Source: Camelus ferus (taxonomy: Eukaryota). Taken from it: DNA of 64,000 nucleotides. Position numbers and translations under genes: made by a program. This document shows, piece after piece, positions 13,028-24,227 of the stretch. Each line of letters starts with the position of its first letter. Positions within the stretch are counted from its first letter, which is position 1. Under the pieces are notes generated by a model. It made no database searches, was not told the origin of the DNA, and was given only the letters and a program-made list of their open reading frames with translations. The stretch is from positions 63,738,001 to 63,802,000 of the forward strand of contig NC_045696.1 in the NCBI RefSeq assembly GCF_009834535.1, written 5' to 3'.

Positions 13028-13142
13028 AGGAGGGGTGGTATAGCTCAGTGGTAGAGCACATGCTTACCATGCAGGAGGTTCTGGGTTCAAGTCCCAGTAC
13101 CTCCACTAAAGAAAAAAATTTCTTAAAAAAAAAAAAAAAAAA
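13028..13142 (+). mobile_element. tRNA-Ala-derived SINE (camelid Vic-1 type)
   Basis: ggtatagctcagtggtagagcacatgcttaccatgcaggaggttctgggttcaagtcccagtacctcca has A and B boxes, an A-rich tail and TSD aagaggaaatgg (13016-13027 and 13143-13154). Confidence 0.9.
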
Positions 13143-13477
13143 AAGAGGAAATGGGGGGGGTGTTCACAGAATTGGCAGAAAAGTTGGAAATCATGCTTAA
13201 GAAATGGGTGAGACTAGTGCAATTCAGACAGCTGGAACCCTGAAGCTTGTCCAGAAGCATTCCAGGAGAGCACAGGAAATGCCAAATGGCGCCCACACCA
13301 CCACAAAGGAGGGAGCAGTGGTCTTCCTAAACTGTGAATGTTGAATTACCCATGCAACAGAGGGAGCAGCATCCAGTCTCAAGAACTTGTTAGGAAAAAT
13401 AGGTCATGGAATTTATTTAGACACAAATTTGCCTGTTAGGTCAGCCTGTCTTTCTCTAGAGCATCAGGTATAGACGG

Positions 13478-13861
13478 TATTATGGGTAAATGTTTGTGTC
13501 CCCCGAAATCCGTATGTTAAAGCTTTAACCTCCAGTTTGACTATATTTGGAGATAGGCCTGGGGGGAGGTGATAAAGGCTAAATGAGGTTATATGGCTGG
13601 GTCCCTCCTCTGATGGGACTGGTGACTTTGTAAGAAGAGGAAAAGACACCAGATCGCTCTGTCCCCACCCCTCTCCCATGGGAGAGCAGAACAAGAAGGC
13701 AGCCATCTGCAAGCCAGGAAGAGGGGCCTCACCAGAAATTGAATCTGCTGACATCTTGATCTCAGACTTCCCAGTCACCAGAACTGTGAGAAATAAATGC
13801 CTGCTGTTCAGGACAGCCAGTCTGTGGTATTTTGTTACGGCAGCCTGCGCTGACTTAGACA
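13478..13861 (+). mobile_element. MaLR solo LTR (MLT1A-like)
   Basis: atgtttgtgtcccccgaaatccgtatgttaaagc...ggcagccatctgcaagccaggaagagg...agaactgtgagaaataaat...gctgacttagaca. Confidence 0.9.
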
Positions 13862-15971
13862 GCTGGGTTGATGGTGGTGATGTGTTTTCAACTACCTGAA
13901 ATTTATACAAAAACCTGTAGCCCCTAGAGAGACCTGAAAGCAGACTCACAACCCAGGGCTTCCCATTCAAGCGCCAGATCTCTCACGATGGTGCTTTTGA
14001 TGCGGTTTATTCCTGGAGCATCAGATGAAGAAGGGGAAGGAGAAGATGAGGAAGAAGAAGAAGGAGAAGGTGGGGGAGGAGGAGAGATCATTCAAGAAGA
14101 CACGGGGCTGTAGCACTTTTAAGGGTCCTGTGGAGCAGTCCCAAGGCAGGCACCAGGCGGGCTATACAAGTTGCCTGGGAAGCTTTCTCAAAATACAGAC
14201 TCCAGGCCGTACCCTCTGAGAGTCTGGGGAGGGGACCCAGCACTATGCATTTTGGACACGTGCCCCCGGAGGCAGGGCTGGACAGAGCCAGTCCGGGGAG
14301 CCCTGCTCCAGCCAAGTTCCCTGTTCTCCGGATGAGAGGCTGAAGAGGAAGACACTGAGCCCAAGGTCACCCATCTTTCTCCAGGTTCAGCCTGGATCAG
14401 AGCCTGGGGCTCTTGGCCTCTGGGTATTTGTCTGTCTCTCCTTTGTGCTGACATGTCCTACGTGAGTGAGGGGGCATTGGCTGAAGACAGCAGGTGATGC
14501 TTTATAAGCACAGAAATCTGCAATGAGAGCTAGGAGGTGAGGGGGCAGGAATTCTGGATCAGGGGACAGGGAGACATTTCTGGTCTCCTGATGACGGCTA
14601 TCCTAGAGTGAGTCCTTAAAAAGATAACTAGAAGTGAAGAAGAAAATGGGAGTGGAAGGAGATTCCAGGAGAAGGGAAGGGCTCCAGTCCAAACCCGGCT
14701 GGTGGTGGGAAAGTGTAGGCAGAGCAAGTGAAGCGATGGCAGCCCCACGCGGCTGGACTGGCCCCACCCAGAGCAGAGGGCCTTTGCGATGCACGTGGAC
14801 TTGAGGCTTGCCCACTAGGTTGGGGCCATAATATGCCTGTAAACTTAAAAACATCACTGAGCACATAGAGCTGGGCAATAAATGCCTCATAAAGTCATTT
14901 GATAACTTGCCCTGATTTCAAGACGTGAAGGAAAAATTGAGGGGTTGGTAAATCAGCAGAGAGAGATGGTTTCACAGGATATGTCATCCCTTTGGGAGCA
15001 AGGAGATTCTGCCCAGAAGGGACAAAGCCTACACTCCCCAATCCTACAGAGAAGGCACTTGCCTCACTCCCGCAGCCCCGCTGAGTTCACCCAGCTCCCT
15101 GGCAGCTGGAGAGAGAATTTGGCTCCTGTTGCTTTTTTAATGCACGTGGGGAGAGGTCAACAAAACACAGGTGGCAGGGAGCCTCCTGATGACTCAGGGC
15201 AGAGAATCCGGGTGTGACTGTCTGAGGGGCAGGTGAACAGAGCACTCCTTGGCCCACCTTATCAGCACTCAGCCATCAAGGCACAGGCGTTTCTAGAGGG
15301 CAGGCAGCTTGACAGGTGCCTGCCAAGTAGGCAGGGAGTCAGATAAGTGCAGCTCCAGGGAACGCCTGAGGCTGCCCCGGGCCCCACCCAGGATTCCACC
15401 CCACCCCCACCCCACCCCAGCTCCCAGCTCCTGGGGCTTGCGGAGGGCTCAGGCATCCTTTTAAAGCTACTATTTCAGCAGCACATCCTTCGTGTGCAAG
15501 TAACACGTGACAATTGTCGCATTAGGGTCTTGGAGGGTGTTGTGGGGAACGGATACCGAGCTGCCTCAAGCACCTTTCACCCTGAAGGGCAGGAATGGTC
15601 AGCACATGGACAAATCATATGTAGGAGGGGAGTGTTTGGGGTGCGGGAGAGGCAGGGGACAGTTCTGAAGAAGCTCCCATGTTCCAAGGAGGAGGCAGGC
15701 AGTTCTTTCTAGCTGGGGATCCTGAGAAGGCAGAGGGCAGGGTAGCATTTGAGCTGGGACTTGAGGGCACAGATTTGGAAGTGGTAGCTGCAAAAAACCC
15801 CACATTGGGGAAACGGCCTGAGGAAAGGCAGAGAGAGAGGACGGACATCCTAGGGCCCAGCCACCGCTTTCCTCCTCCTCCCGCAGTGCCCAGGAGGCAG
15901 AGCCCGGGAGCTTCTCTCAGCATCTCTGAGCATCTGTGCTGTTCAGATCACGGTTCCAGGTGCTGAGACTG

Positions 15972-16006
15972 TTTATAAGAGGAGGAGGAGTGGCTCAACC
16001 CCGCCT
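15972..16006 (-). promoter_or_regulatory. Candidate GC-box + TATA core promoter
   Basis: Minus strand reads AGGCGGGG (16006-15999), 21 nt, then TATAAA (15977-15972), in sequence with no recognisable repeat. Confidence 0.3.
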
Positions 16007-16899
16007 GGCAGGAGCACAAAAGCTTAGCTGCAAGAAGAAAACTCCGAAACAAGCTAAAGTGGTACCACTCCCTGCAGGACTCCGTCCCATCCCCGCAGGC
16101 TTGTCTCTCAGGAGCCCTGCCAGTACCTGCTCCCCCATCACACACAGCCCCCTGGGCTGAGCAGTGCTTGCCCTGCCTCCTGGCCTTTGCTCTGCTCTGT
16201 CTGCCTCTGGGGCACCCTTCTTCCTATGCTTAGTGTTCAGATCTGCCCATGGGGCCTGACTCAAATGTCACCCGCAGTGTGACCCAACTGTGCCGACCTT
16301 TATCCCCGACCAGGTGGGGTCGGGCACTCCTCTCCTGATCTCCCAGCACGTTGTGTGTCCTCCTCTCCTGCTTGTAACAGTTTGTGTGCTGACACTACAT
16401 AGCCTCTCCCAGCACTAGACTGTGAGCGGCTTGAGGGTAGGGCTCTGTGTCCTTCCTGGGCTCTAGTAGGTGCTCAGGAAACCTCTTTGTTAGCACTGGA
16501 TGCTTGGATATATGGAGCTCTAAAAACATGGAGGACAGACCTTATCATAAAGACTTGAAAGTATTTCAAAAGGTAAATTGGAAAGAAAGAAACTGTGGAG
16601 ACTCGCGGTAGTGGGTGAAGAGCCCCCCCACCTTCGAGGAGAAGAGGTGAAGTATGCGTATCAGGAGTGAAAGGAGTTGGAGACAAGGGTTCAGGCTTGT
16701 GGACTCCCCTGGATGAAAGGGTCTTACAGGCTGCCTACACCCCGCTCTCATCTGGAAGCCCTCACCTTACCCCCAACCCAGACACAAGCCCCGACTAGAT
16801 GCTGCTGGATGCTGGACAGAAGCCTGGAAAGTGAGGCAGAGAAACTTTGGCTCAGAGGCGTAGGAAGGCACTGATGGCTCTTGGAAAGTTCTCTGGTAG

Positions 16900-17150
16900 G
16901 AGGAAAATTGAATTTCAAAAATATAGCCTGGGTCATGCCACTTCTTGGCTTAAGATACTTCAGAAGTTTCCCATTTCTCTTAGCATACAGAAAAAAATGC
17001 CTTTGTGTGGTCCTCCAAACCCACAGTTTGCGTATGGAGCTCAGCCTGCCCTGAAGCAGCCACTGCGCTCTTCTTGCTCTTAGTCTTCCCTCCGTGCCCC
17101 CTGCCACAGGACATTTGCACAAGCAGTTACCACTACCTGGAACACTACTA
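16900..17150 (+). mobile_element. L2 fragment
   Basis: gggtcatgccacttcttggcttaagatacttcagaagtttcccattt...cctgccacaggacatttgcacaagcagtt. Confidence 0.65.
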
Positions 17151-17329
17151 ACTGTGGGAGGAATGGCAGGAACCACAGGGGACGGTGCGGAATGAGCAGG
17201 AGAGTTGTAGAAACATGAAGAATAGATGGATATTACTATTAACACCAAGTTAAAGACTGTGCAGAGTGGAAAGAGGGAAGGAAAAGAAAAAGAAACTGAC
17301 ATTTATGAGGTTCCCCTGGAAGAGAGAAT

Positions 17330-17525
17330 AACATTAAGGTCTGGCTGCTGGGTTCCAATCCCAGACCTAGTACCTGTTAGCTGCGTGGCCTTGGGGATGG
17401 TGGAGCCCCTTTCGGCCTTGGTGTCTGTAGAGATTCTCTTACAGATTAGCTGAGTTAGTGTATGCTAAGCACTCAGAACAGAGCCTGGCTCCTAGGAAGC
17501 AGACAGTAAATGCTAGCTGTAGTCA
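17330..17525 (+). mobile_element. MIR SINE
   Basis: gggttccaatcccagacc...tagctgcgtggccttggg...aagcactcagaacagagcctggc. Confidence 0.75.
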
Positions 17526-19384
17526 GCATCGCTGTAGACCAGGAATAATAACACCTATGGGCCACTTGGTATTATTTACCTCCTTGTTACAGACAAGGAA
17601 ACTGAGGGTGGGAGAGGTTCAGGAGCCAGGATATGGACATTTCCAATGTCAAAGCCCACACAAGCTGTTTTCCCATTGCACCGTGCTAGAAGGGACCTGA
17701 AAGGCTCTCCCAGTACAAGCTTCTCATGATAAAAATGAGGAAGTGAAGACCTTAAAGGATAAAGTGACTTGACCCAGGCTCATAGTCTTAAGCCGAAAGC
17801 ATTGAGAGGTCATCCCAGTAAAGATGTCCCACAGACAGCTGGGAATGCCAGACCACGGGAGAGGTAGAGCTGACTCCTTGGGATTGAGTGGAACCCCTCG
17901 GCTGGTTCTCAAAGCCCCAAACCATCTGCCCTGGCAGAAATTCACTGCCCTGCATGCTCCCCTAGGGTGCCTGGGCAGATGGTGAACTCTGGTTGCCAAG
18001 GAACGGGGTTAGGCAGTTCTGAAAAGGGCCGCGTCAGTGCCCTTGCTCTGGAGGCTTCCCACATCCTTGAGTAACCACTGCACAAAGGTGCTGGGCATGT
18101 GGCCAAGGGTGCGGCGGAGGCTGAGTTAGTAGTATACACTTGGTGCCCTCCCCAGCCAGGTTTCACTGCACGCTTATGACTAATGTGAACCCTTACTTAA
18201 CATTCATGGTGTCCTTAAGGTCTCTAGTGAAAAGGTACAATTTTGCAGGAGTTGGAAGGGGCTAAGCTGGCCTGGAGAGAGGGGCCCTGCAAAATGGAAA
18301 TACATGTGCCTGGCTACTTAGAGGGATGATGTATTAAGTGAATCTGTCAAAACTTGAAAGTGGATGGCAGTGGGACAGGTAATGAGCAGAGGGAGGCAAA
18401 GAGGTGTAAATAATCCGAGGTGAATGTGGGTCTTGTTGGCGTGGTCGATTTATGCCCTGTCTTCATAATGTCCCCTTTCATCTTGGGAACCTGAATTGCA
18501 AACATCTAGTCTAGACAGGAATTGATGGTGCTGCCTCTCGGCTCACATCGTTCAAGGTTTCTCAACCCCCCGGGACTCCTGAATCCTGATGGGAACAGCC
18601 CGCTCTGCCAGGGGACATGGCTGGGAACTCAAGGAGCCACGGGCATCGCCCTCACAGACCATTTCAGACTCAGTCACTTGGCTCAGAGGCGGCCCCGCGG
18701 AGGCGCACCACTCACTCTGGGGGCTGACGCCACCGTCCTCTCCATCTCCCCTAGTGGGAGACAAGCCCAATCATGCCTGCGACCCGGGGGTTGGCCCGTG
18801 TCTCTTCTTCTTTCCGTCTTTTCATGTGTGCCAGGGTTCTGGTTTCGGCGGCTTTCATCAGCGACTGAAACCACCCCCTCCCTGTCACTTCCCGGGGCCG
18901 CGGGCAGGCCCGGGAGTCTGGGCAACGGTAAACAAGGCAGCTGGAGGACCTCTCAAAGCCGCTGCCCTGCCCAGGCAGGCCCTGTCTCCTGGGTGGCCAG
19001 AGCCAGGGCCCAGGGGCCCCCTGCTGCAGGAAACAGAGTCTGACAGCCTTCACTCCTGAGCAAGGCCCCCTCTCCCACTGCCCTGGCTGTGGGTCCTGCC
19101 GACAGCCTGGGAACCTGGGGTGGCTGGGCTGGAGGAGAAGGTGGAGCAGGCCCGGGGCTGGAGCACCTGTAATGCAGCATGCGAACCTCAGTTGTCATAG
19201 AGCTATGGGCCCAAGAACTGGAAAACAGGCTAGAAAAGGTGAAAGGGATCCAGGGAACATGGACAGACTACGCAAACGACAAAGCACAAGGGCTCAGGAA
19301 CCAGCTTGTCACTGTCTGTGAACAGCTGAGGATCCCTGACTCCTGCACTGTCCCCTGTTCTATGCTGCAGGGGCCAGTTTTGGA

Positions 19385-19590
19385 GGAGACAGAGCAGAGC
19401 ACTAAACCAGCCGAAGAGCGCTGCCACTTACAGGCTGTGTGACCTTGACCAAGTTAGCGGGCGTCTCTGAGCCTCTGCTTCCTCATTTGCGAAAAGGGAC
19501 AAACCCATCTCCCCAGGTTGTTGTAAAGTTTAAATGATGATATGGTTCATCATGTGCCTGGCACAAAGTAGGCCTTAAATACATGGTCAC
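19385..19590 (+). mobile_element. MIR SINE
   Basis: ctgtgtgaccttgaccaagttag...ctctgagcctctgcttcctcatttgcgaaaaggg...gtgcctggcacaaagtagg. Confidence 0.85.
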
Positions 19591-19687
19591 AGTTACCATC
19601 CCTGACCAAACACTGCTCACTCACTCCCTTTTAAATCTTACGCTCAGAAACCAGCTTCCCATATGCAAGCTCTGTCTTCTTTCTGAA

Positions 19688-19695
19688 TGACGTCA
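19688..19695. promoter_or_regulatory. Full palindromic CRE (TGACGTCA)
   Basis: Exact match; function not established. Confidence 0.3.
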
Positions 19696-19994
19696 CCATA
19701 TCCATAGCCTCAGGTGGGGTGTGTGTGTGTGTAGAAGAGAAAAAGAGAAAAACATCCTTTCAGCATAGTGAGCACATTTTCTGCATCCTACAGTATGTGC
19801 ATATGTACACACACGCAGGCTCACATCCGCACACGCAGCCCTGCGGCGTGGACAGGGCACAGTTAGATCTTCCTCCTTCGAAAGGTGTCGATACTCACGT
19901 CAGAAAGATTAAGTGACATGAAAAAGTGACACAGCCAATGTTTCCATTTCTCCAAAAGAAACGACCAGGAGTCAACATTTCTTTAAGGTACTTT

Positions 19995-19995
<1 letters not shown>

Positions 19996-20039
<44 letters not shown>
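19996..20039. repeat. (CA)22 microsatellite
   Basis: Perfect dinucleotide run of 44 nt. Confidence 0.98.
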
Positions 20040-20041
<2 letters not shown>

Positions 20042-22539
20042 AAATCTGATGAAGAGACATTGAAATCATATCTTTAGGGCCGTTTAAGTTGCTCTTAAAA
20101 GGTATCATCTGGCTATTTTGAAAAGGCAAGCTTCAAGTCTTTACCTCTAAGGAAATATGCTTCCCCTCACCCTGTGACTACTGTTGATCCTATCTCCAAA
20201 TCCCCTGAACAGTTTCCTGGGGAAGTCAAGCCACAGAAGAGAACAGCTGTCACTCTGAAAAGAATTATTTTCTCCTGGAGACACCACTGGACCCCAGCAG
20301 TCCCTCCGGTGCTGTTCTGCCCTAGGTCACATGCAGCTTCGAGTCACGCTCACAGCAATGACGGATCCACTGGCCATGAAGCCCTCCCATGGGGACCGTG
20401 TTTCACATTCACAGTGTCTGTCATGCATCAGTGAATTTGTTCTTTTCAAAGCCCTGTGAGGTGGGCTGCGGGCAGGCTCAGGAACCCATTTCACAGGAGA
20501 GAAAGCTAGGGCACCAAGCGGTTCAGCGTCTTGCCTTAGGGCTGGGTTGAACAGGCCAAGTGTTGAACCACTGCTTCTGACCCGACCAGGGCTCTTTTCT
20601 CCGGACCACTGCACCTTTCAAAAGCGTTATGCTGAGAATTGTGGGTCTCCTTCACCTGCTGTTTTCTGGTATCACTGAAATGATCTTCCCCAAACAGATT
20701 TCCTCTCTGGAAGTTTTGCTCTCTGTTCCTCTGAGTAAAGGGACATGCTTTGAAGAAGGAATTTGAACATGAACAGTCATGTCTTGTAGACATTAGTGTT
20801 TATTTCTCTGTGATATTGTAGCTTCCTCTGGAAAAATCCAACCAACACATCCATTTCAAGTCCTGAGAAACTCTCCAATGTTGACCATGTGTCTGATTCC
20901 TGTGTGGTCAAAACAGTGATGTTTCTGAATGTCCGCAACTTATTTCCATGTTAAAATAATTCCATGCTCGGCTAAATTCCACTTACACACAAGTGTGCAC
21001 CTGTTAAAATAGGTCATTTTTCACTGTTAATCTTCCAGATTCCATGGGGATGTGTGGGAACCTCAGACAAATGTGACCTAAATGTCACCAAGGGCATTGT
21101 TCTCCTCTGAGTGGTCCTGGTTGGCCCAGTCCCCTCGGTTCCCTCAGTCCCACGGATCTGTGAGAGGAAGGTCGCTTTCTGCTGAGAGCCTGGATCGGAA
21201 TCAAAAGTTAGCCCTGAAGGTCCCCCCTCATGCGGCATGGCGTGGGCTTTTTGTCTTACCCCTGCGTTATATTTTAATTAGGTTTCTTGTAGATCTTTTC
21301 CACTGCTCTGGTGCGCTACAGTGTGCAAAGGCAGTAACTTTCCCCAGTGATCCCCATGAAGCTAAACGAAAAAGAAAGAAAGAAGGAAAGAAAGAAAAAA
21401 GACTTTCAGAGCAAAGAACTCTGGCATGTGAGGTTTTGTTCCTTTGGCAGAAGTAGAAGGTCATCTTTGCCACAACCTTTAAGTTTAAAACATAAATTCA
21501 CAAAACAGCGCTTCTGATTCTGAAATTTACATCTTGGCAATGATTTTTTTTTTTCCTGCCTCAGATCTGGAGTGCTTCCAGAAACCCAAGGGCCCTAAAT
21601 CAGTATCGGGGACTGCTTCCAACTTCTAAGAGTCTCTAGGGCTCCTTGCAAATGTGGAGCCTGGGGTCCAGAGAGACAGGTCTAAGGTCACCAGGGAAAT
21701 TGATGGCAAATCCTTGAAGCCCCAGCCCCGTGGCTGACCTCAGACTCAGGACTTGTACTGGGACAGCCTCTCCCCTCTGTGAGTTGTGAGGACCTGCCTT
21801 GAACTGGTAATTTTCCTGGCAGTTTAGTTTGAAGAGAAAGTCAAGGTCTGGAGCCCAGAGCAGGGGAGGCCTTGTAGGCTACGTCAGACGAGCTGCAGAG
21901 CTCTGGGAAAGCATCCATCTTCTCGGGGAAGCACGTGTCAACGTCTTGCCTGTCCGCAGAGCCATTAACATACATATGAATCCTAAATTCAAGAATGGGC
22001 TTTCCAAACTGAGTTATTTAACTGAGAAGGGAAGATGTGGATACTACACTGCCCTTGAGGAAAGGAAGGTGAAGAGCCATGTTTCTAGAATAGAATCTGG
22101 CACAGAAACTGGCTCCTAGCAGGCCCTCCATAGACCTGCTTTAGCTGAAAGGACCTTTCACCTTCCTTTTACCACCTAGGGACTGACCATGTTGCTGATG
22201 ATAACTGAGGACTTAAAAAAAAGAAAAATCGATCTGGTCAATTATATAGGTCATAATCCACGTAATTATGATCTTTTCTAAGGTTCCAGTCAGATCTCTT
22301 AATTCCATTCACTTGCACAAACAATTCCTTGACACCCACCCATTCCCCCAGGACGATAGTGGGTCCCTCGGGGAGACAGAGATGAAGGGGACACAGCCCT
22401 TTCTGCTGCTACTGCAGCTGAGTAAGCTTCTAGCCCGTGTCTATTTGCCAAGAGCACGGCGAACCAACTGAGAACAAAACAAAATGAGAAAAAAGTTGAT
22501 CTGGGCTGATGACTGGACTTGGGAGGGTGAGGAGAACAT

Positions 22540-22860
22540 CGAAGCTCTGAATCCCCAGGGAGCCAAGGGAAGTTTGCAGATGGCATGGTAACAGCAGGGC
22601 GGTTGCTGAGGGAACCTGAAACCATGTCACATGGAGAAGATTTGTAGGATGGAAGACCTTTGGCCTGGAGAAGAAAAGACTTGGGGACAAGAGAGCTGTT
22701 TCCACATACCTGAGAGAGCGCCATGGGGAAGACCCCCGAGGGCAGCGCATGCACTGTAGGGGATGCGTCCAGGGGACCTATTGTGGTTCCAAATTGAGAT
22801 TCCTCCCTAGTGGGAGCTGTCCCGAGGTGGAACAGGATATACGGTAGAGAAGAACCCAGC
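22540..22860 (+). mobile_element. L3/CR1 LINE fragment
   Basis: tttggcctggagaagaaaagacttggggacaagagagctgtttccacatacctg translates FGLEKKRLGDKRAVSTYL, like CR1 ORF2 FSLEKRRLRGD...FKYL. Confidence 0.7.
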
Positions 22861-23549
22861 ACGGGGAGGAGGGAGAGGGTCTGATCCTTTAAGCTTCACT
22901 CTCTCTGAGCGCCTTGGATTCTTCCCCTCCTCCCGCTCTTACTTAATGAGCTGCTAACACCAACACCTGGGTTCTTACTCAAACACACCGAGGTGTGAAT
23001 GGGGAGGCCTGGCACTGCAGGTGGGGAAATTAATAACCAACTCCCACAGGGGTCGCTGGAATGAGAGAAAAAGGAGGAAAGCAGAATCATTCTGCAGGTC
23101 TGAAGGTGGGATTTTGAATCTCCAACTTGCTCCAATGCTGATGCCTCCAGGAGCTGATAAACCACCCTTCAGCAGGATGGGGGGGGGGGTGTCTCTTGGC
23201 TGTGTCTTTACAAGGTGACAAGCAAGAGTGAAGAGGGCCGAGAATGGGGCAGCAGATCCCCTTCAGCTCCTCTAGTCCCCTTGCCCTTGACTCCAGGGGA
23301 TGGAGATATTGAAACTTCACCGTCCAGGGCAGCGTGAGTACAGAGGCGCCACTCTATGGGGCGGGCCCAGCAAATCAGTCCCTCCCACACCCCAGCTTCT
23401 CCCAGTGGAGGGGGCATCCGCTGTTCAGATGGAGGGAATGGTACCAGTTCATCTCATTCATCCTGCCCATCCGTCCATACACATCCTTTTGGCGGGGGAG
23501 AAGTGGTTAAAAGTGTGTGTAGCTTTTTCCTGATATCACTAAGAAATAA

Positions 23550-23900
23550 ATGAATTGCCATGATTCACTCAATCAGCAGGCATTTGCTGAGCCTCTGTCA
23601 CAGTTTGGGGTTGTAAGGTGAAATATAAAGAAGACAGCTTCTCAGTCACGGAGGAGTAGAGAGGGGCCATAGAAGCCAAGGACGTCAACACAACTGGGGC
23701 CCTTGATGAATGTGTGGCTGGTAGCTCTGAGAACTTAGGAGGGACCCAGCTCAGTCTGGGGGTTTACAGGAGATTTCCTGGGAGAGATGCCATTTAACTT
23801 GACTCTTAAAAGAAGAAAAGAGAGAGTCAGAGAAAGAGAAGTAGGGAGGGTATTCTAATGAGGAAGATGACACAGGAAAGGTGCAGCAGCGTGGCCTGCA
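23550..23900 (-). mobile_element. L2 fragment
   Basis: attcactcaatcagcaggcatttgctgagc...ggagatttcctgggagagatgccatttaacttgactcttaaa. Confidence 0.65.
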
Positions 23901-24227
23901 TTATAAGTGATTATCCCTGCTGGTCTGCAAAGCAGTGCTACCCTTGGGAATCACTTGCTCCTGGGGGCAGTTAAAACAAAGGTATATAAGAGAAGGCCCA
24001 TTAGAGGGGCTTTGGTGTCGGAGAGAAGGGGGCGGAGGGCCAGCTCTGGGGGCTGTGGCTGTCTCTGGGTGAGCAGAGGAGGGTGGTCTATGGAGCAGGC
24101 TGGAAACCATCAGGGAGGTTTGAAGGAACCAGAAAACTGTGGAACCACAGGTGTCTCCAGCAGAGGTGTCTGTGGGGTTTGGAGGGTTTTTCCTTTATTT
24201 TGAGTTGGTAGGTTTTACATAGTAAAG

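Noticed and set aside
13031..13105. Functional tRNA gene
   Set aside because: PolyA tail, TSD and mutated anticodon and stems show it is a retroposed SINE
23980..23992. TATATAAG plus-strand TATA box
   Set aside because: Isolated, between repeats, with no supporting exon or promoter context
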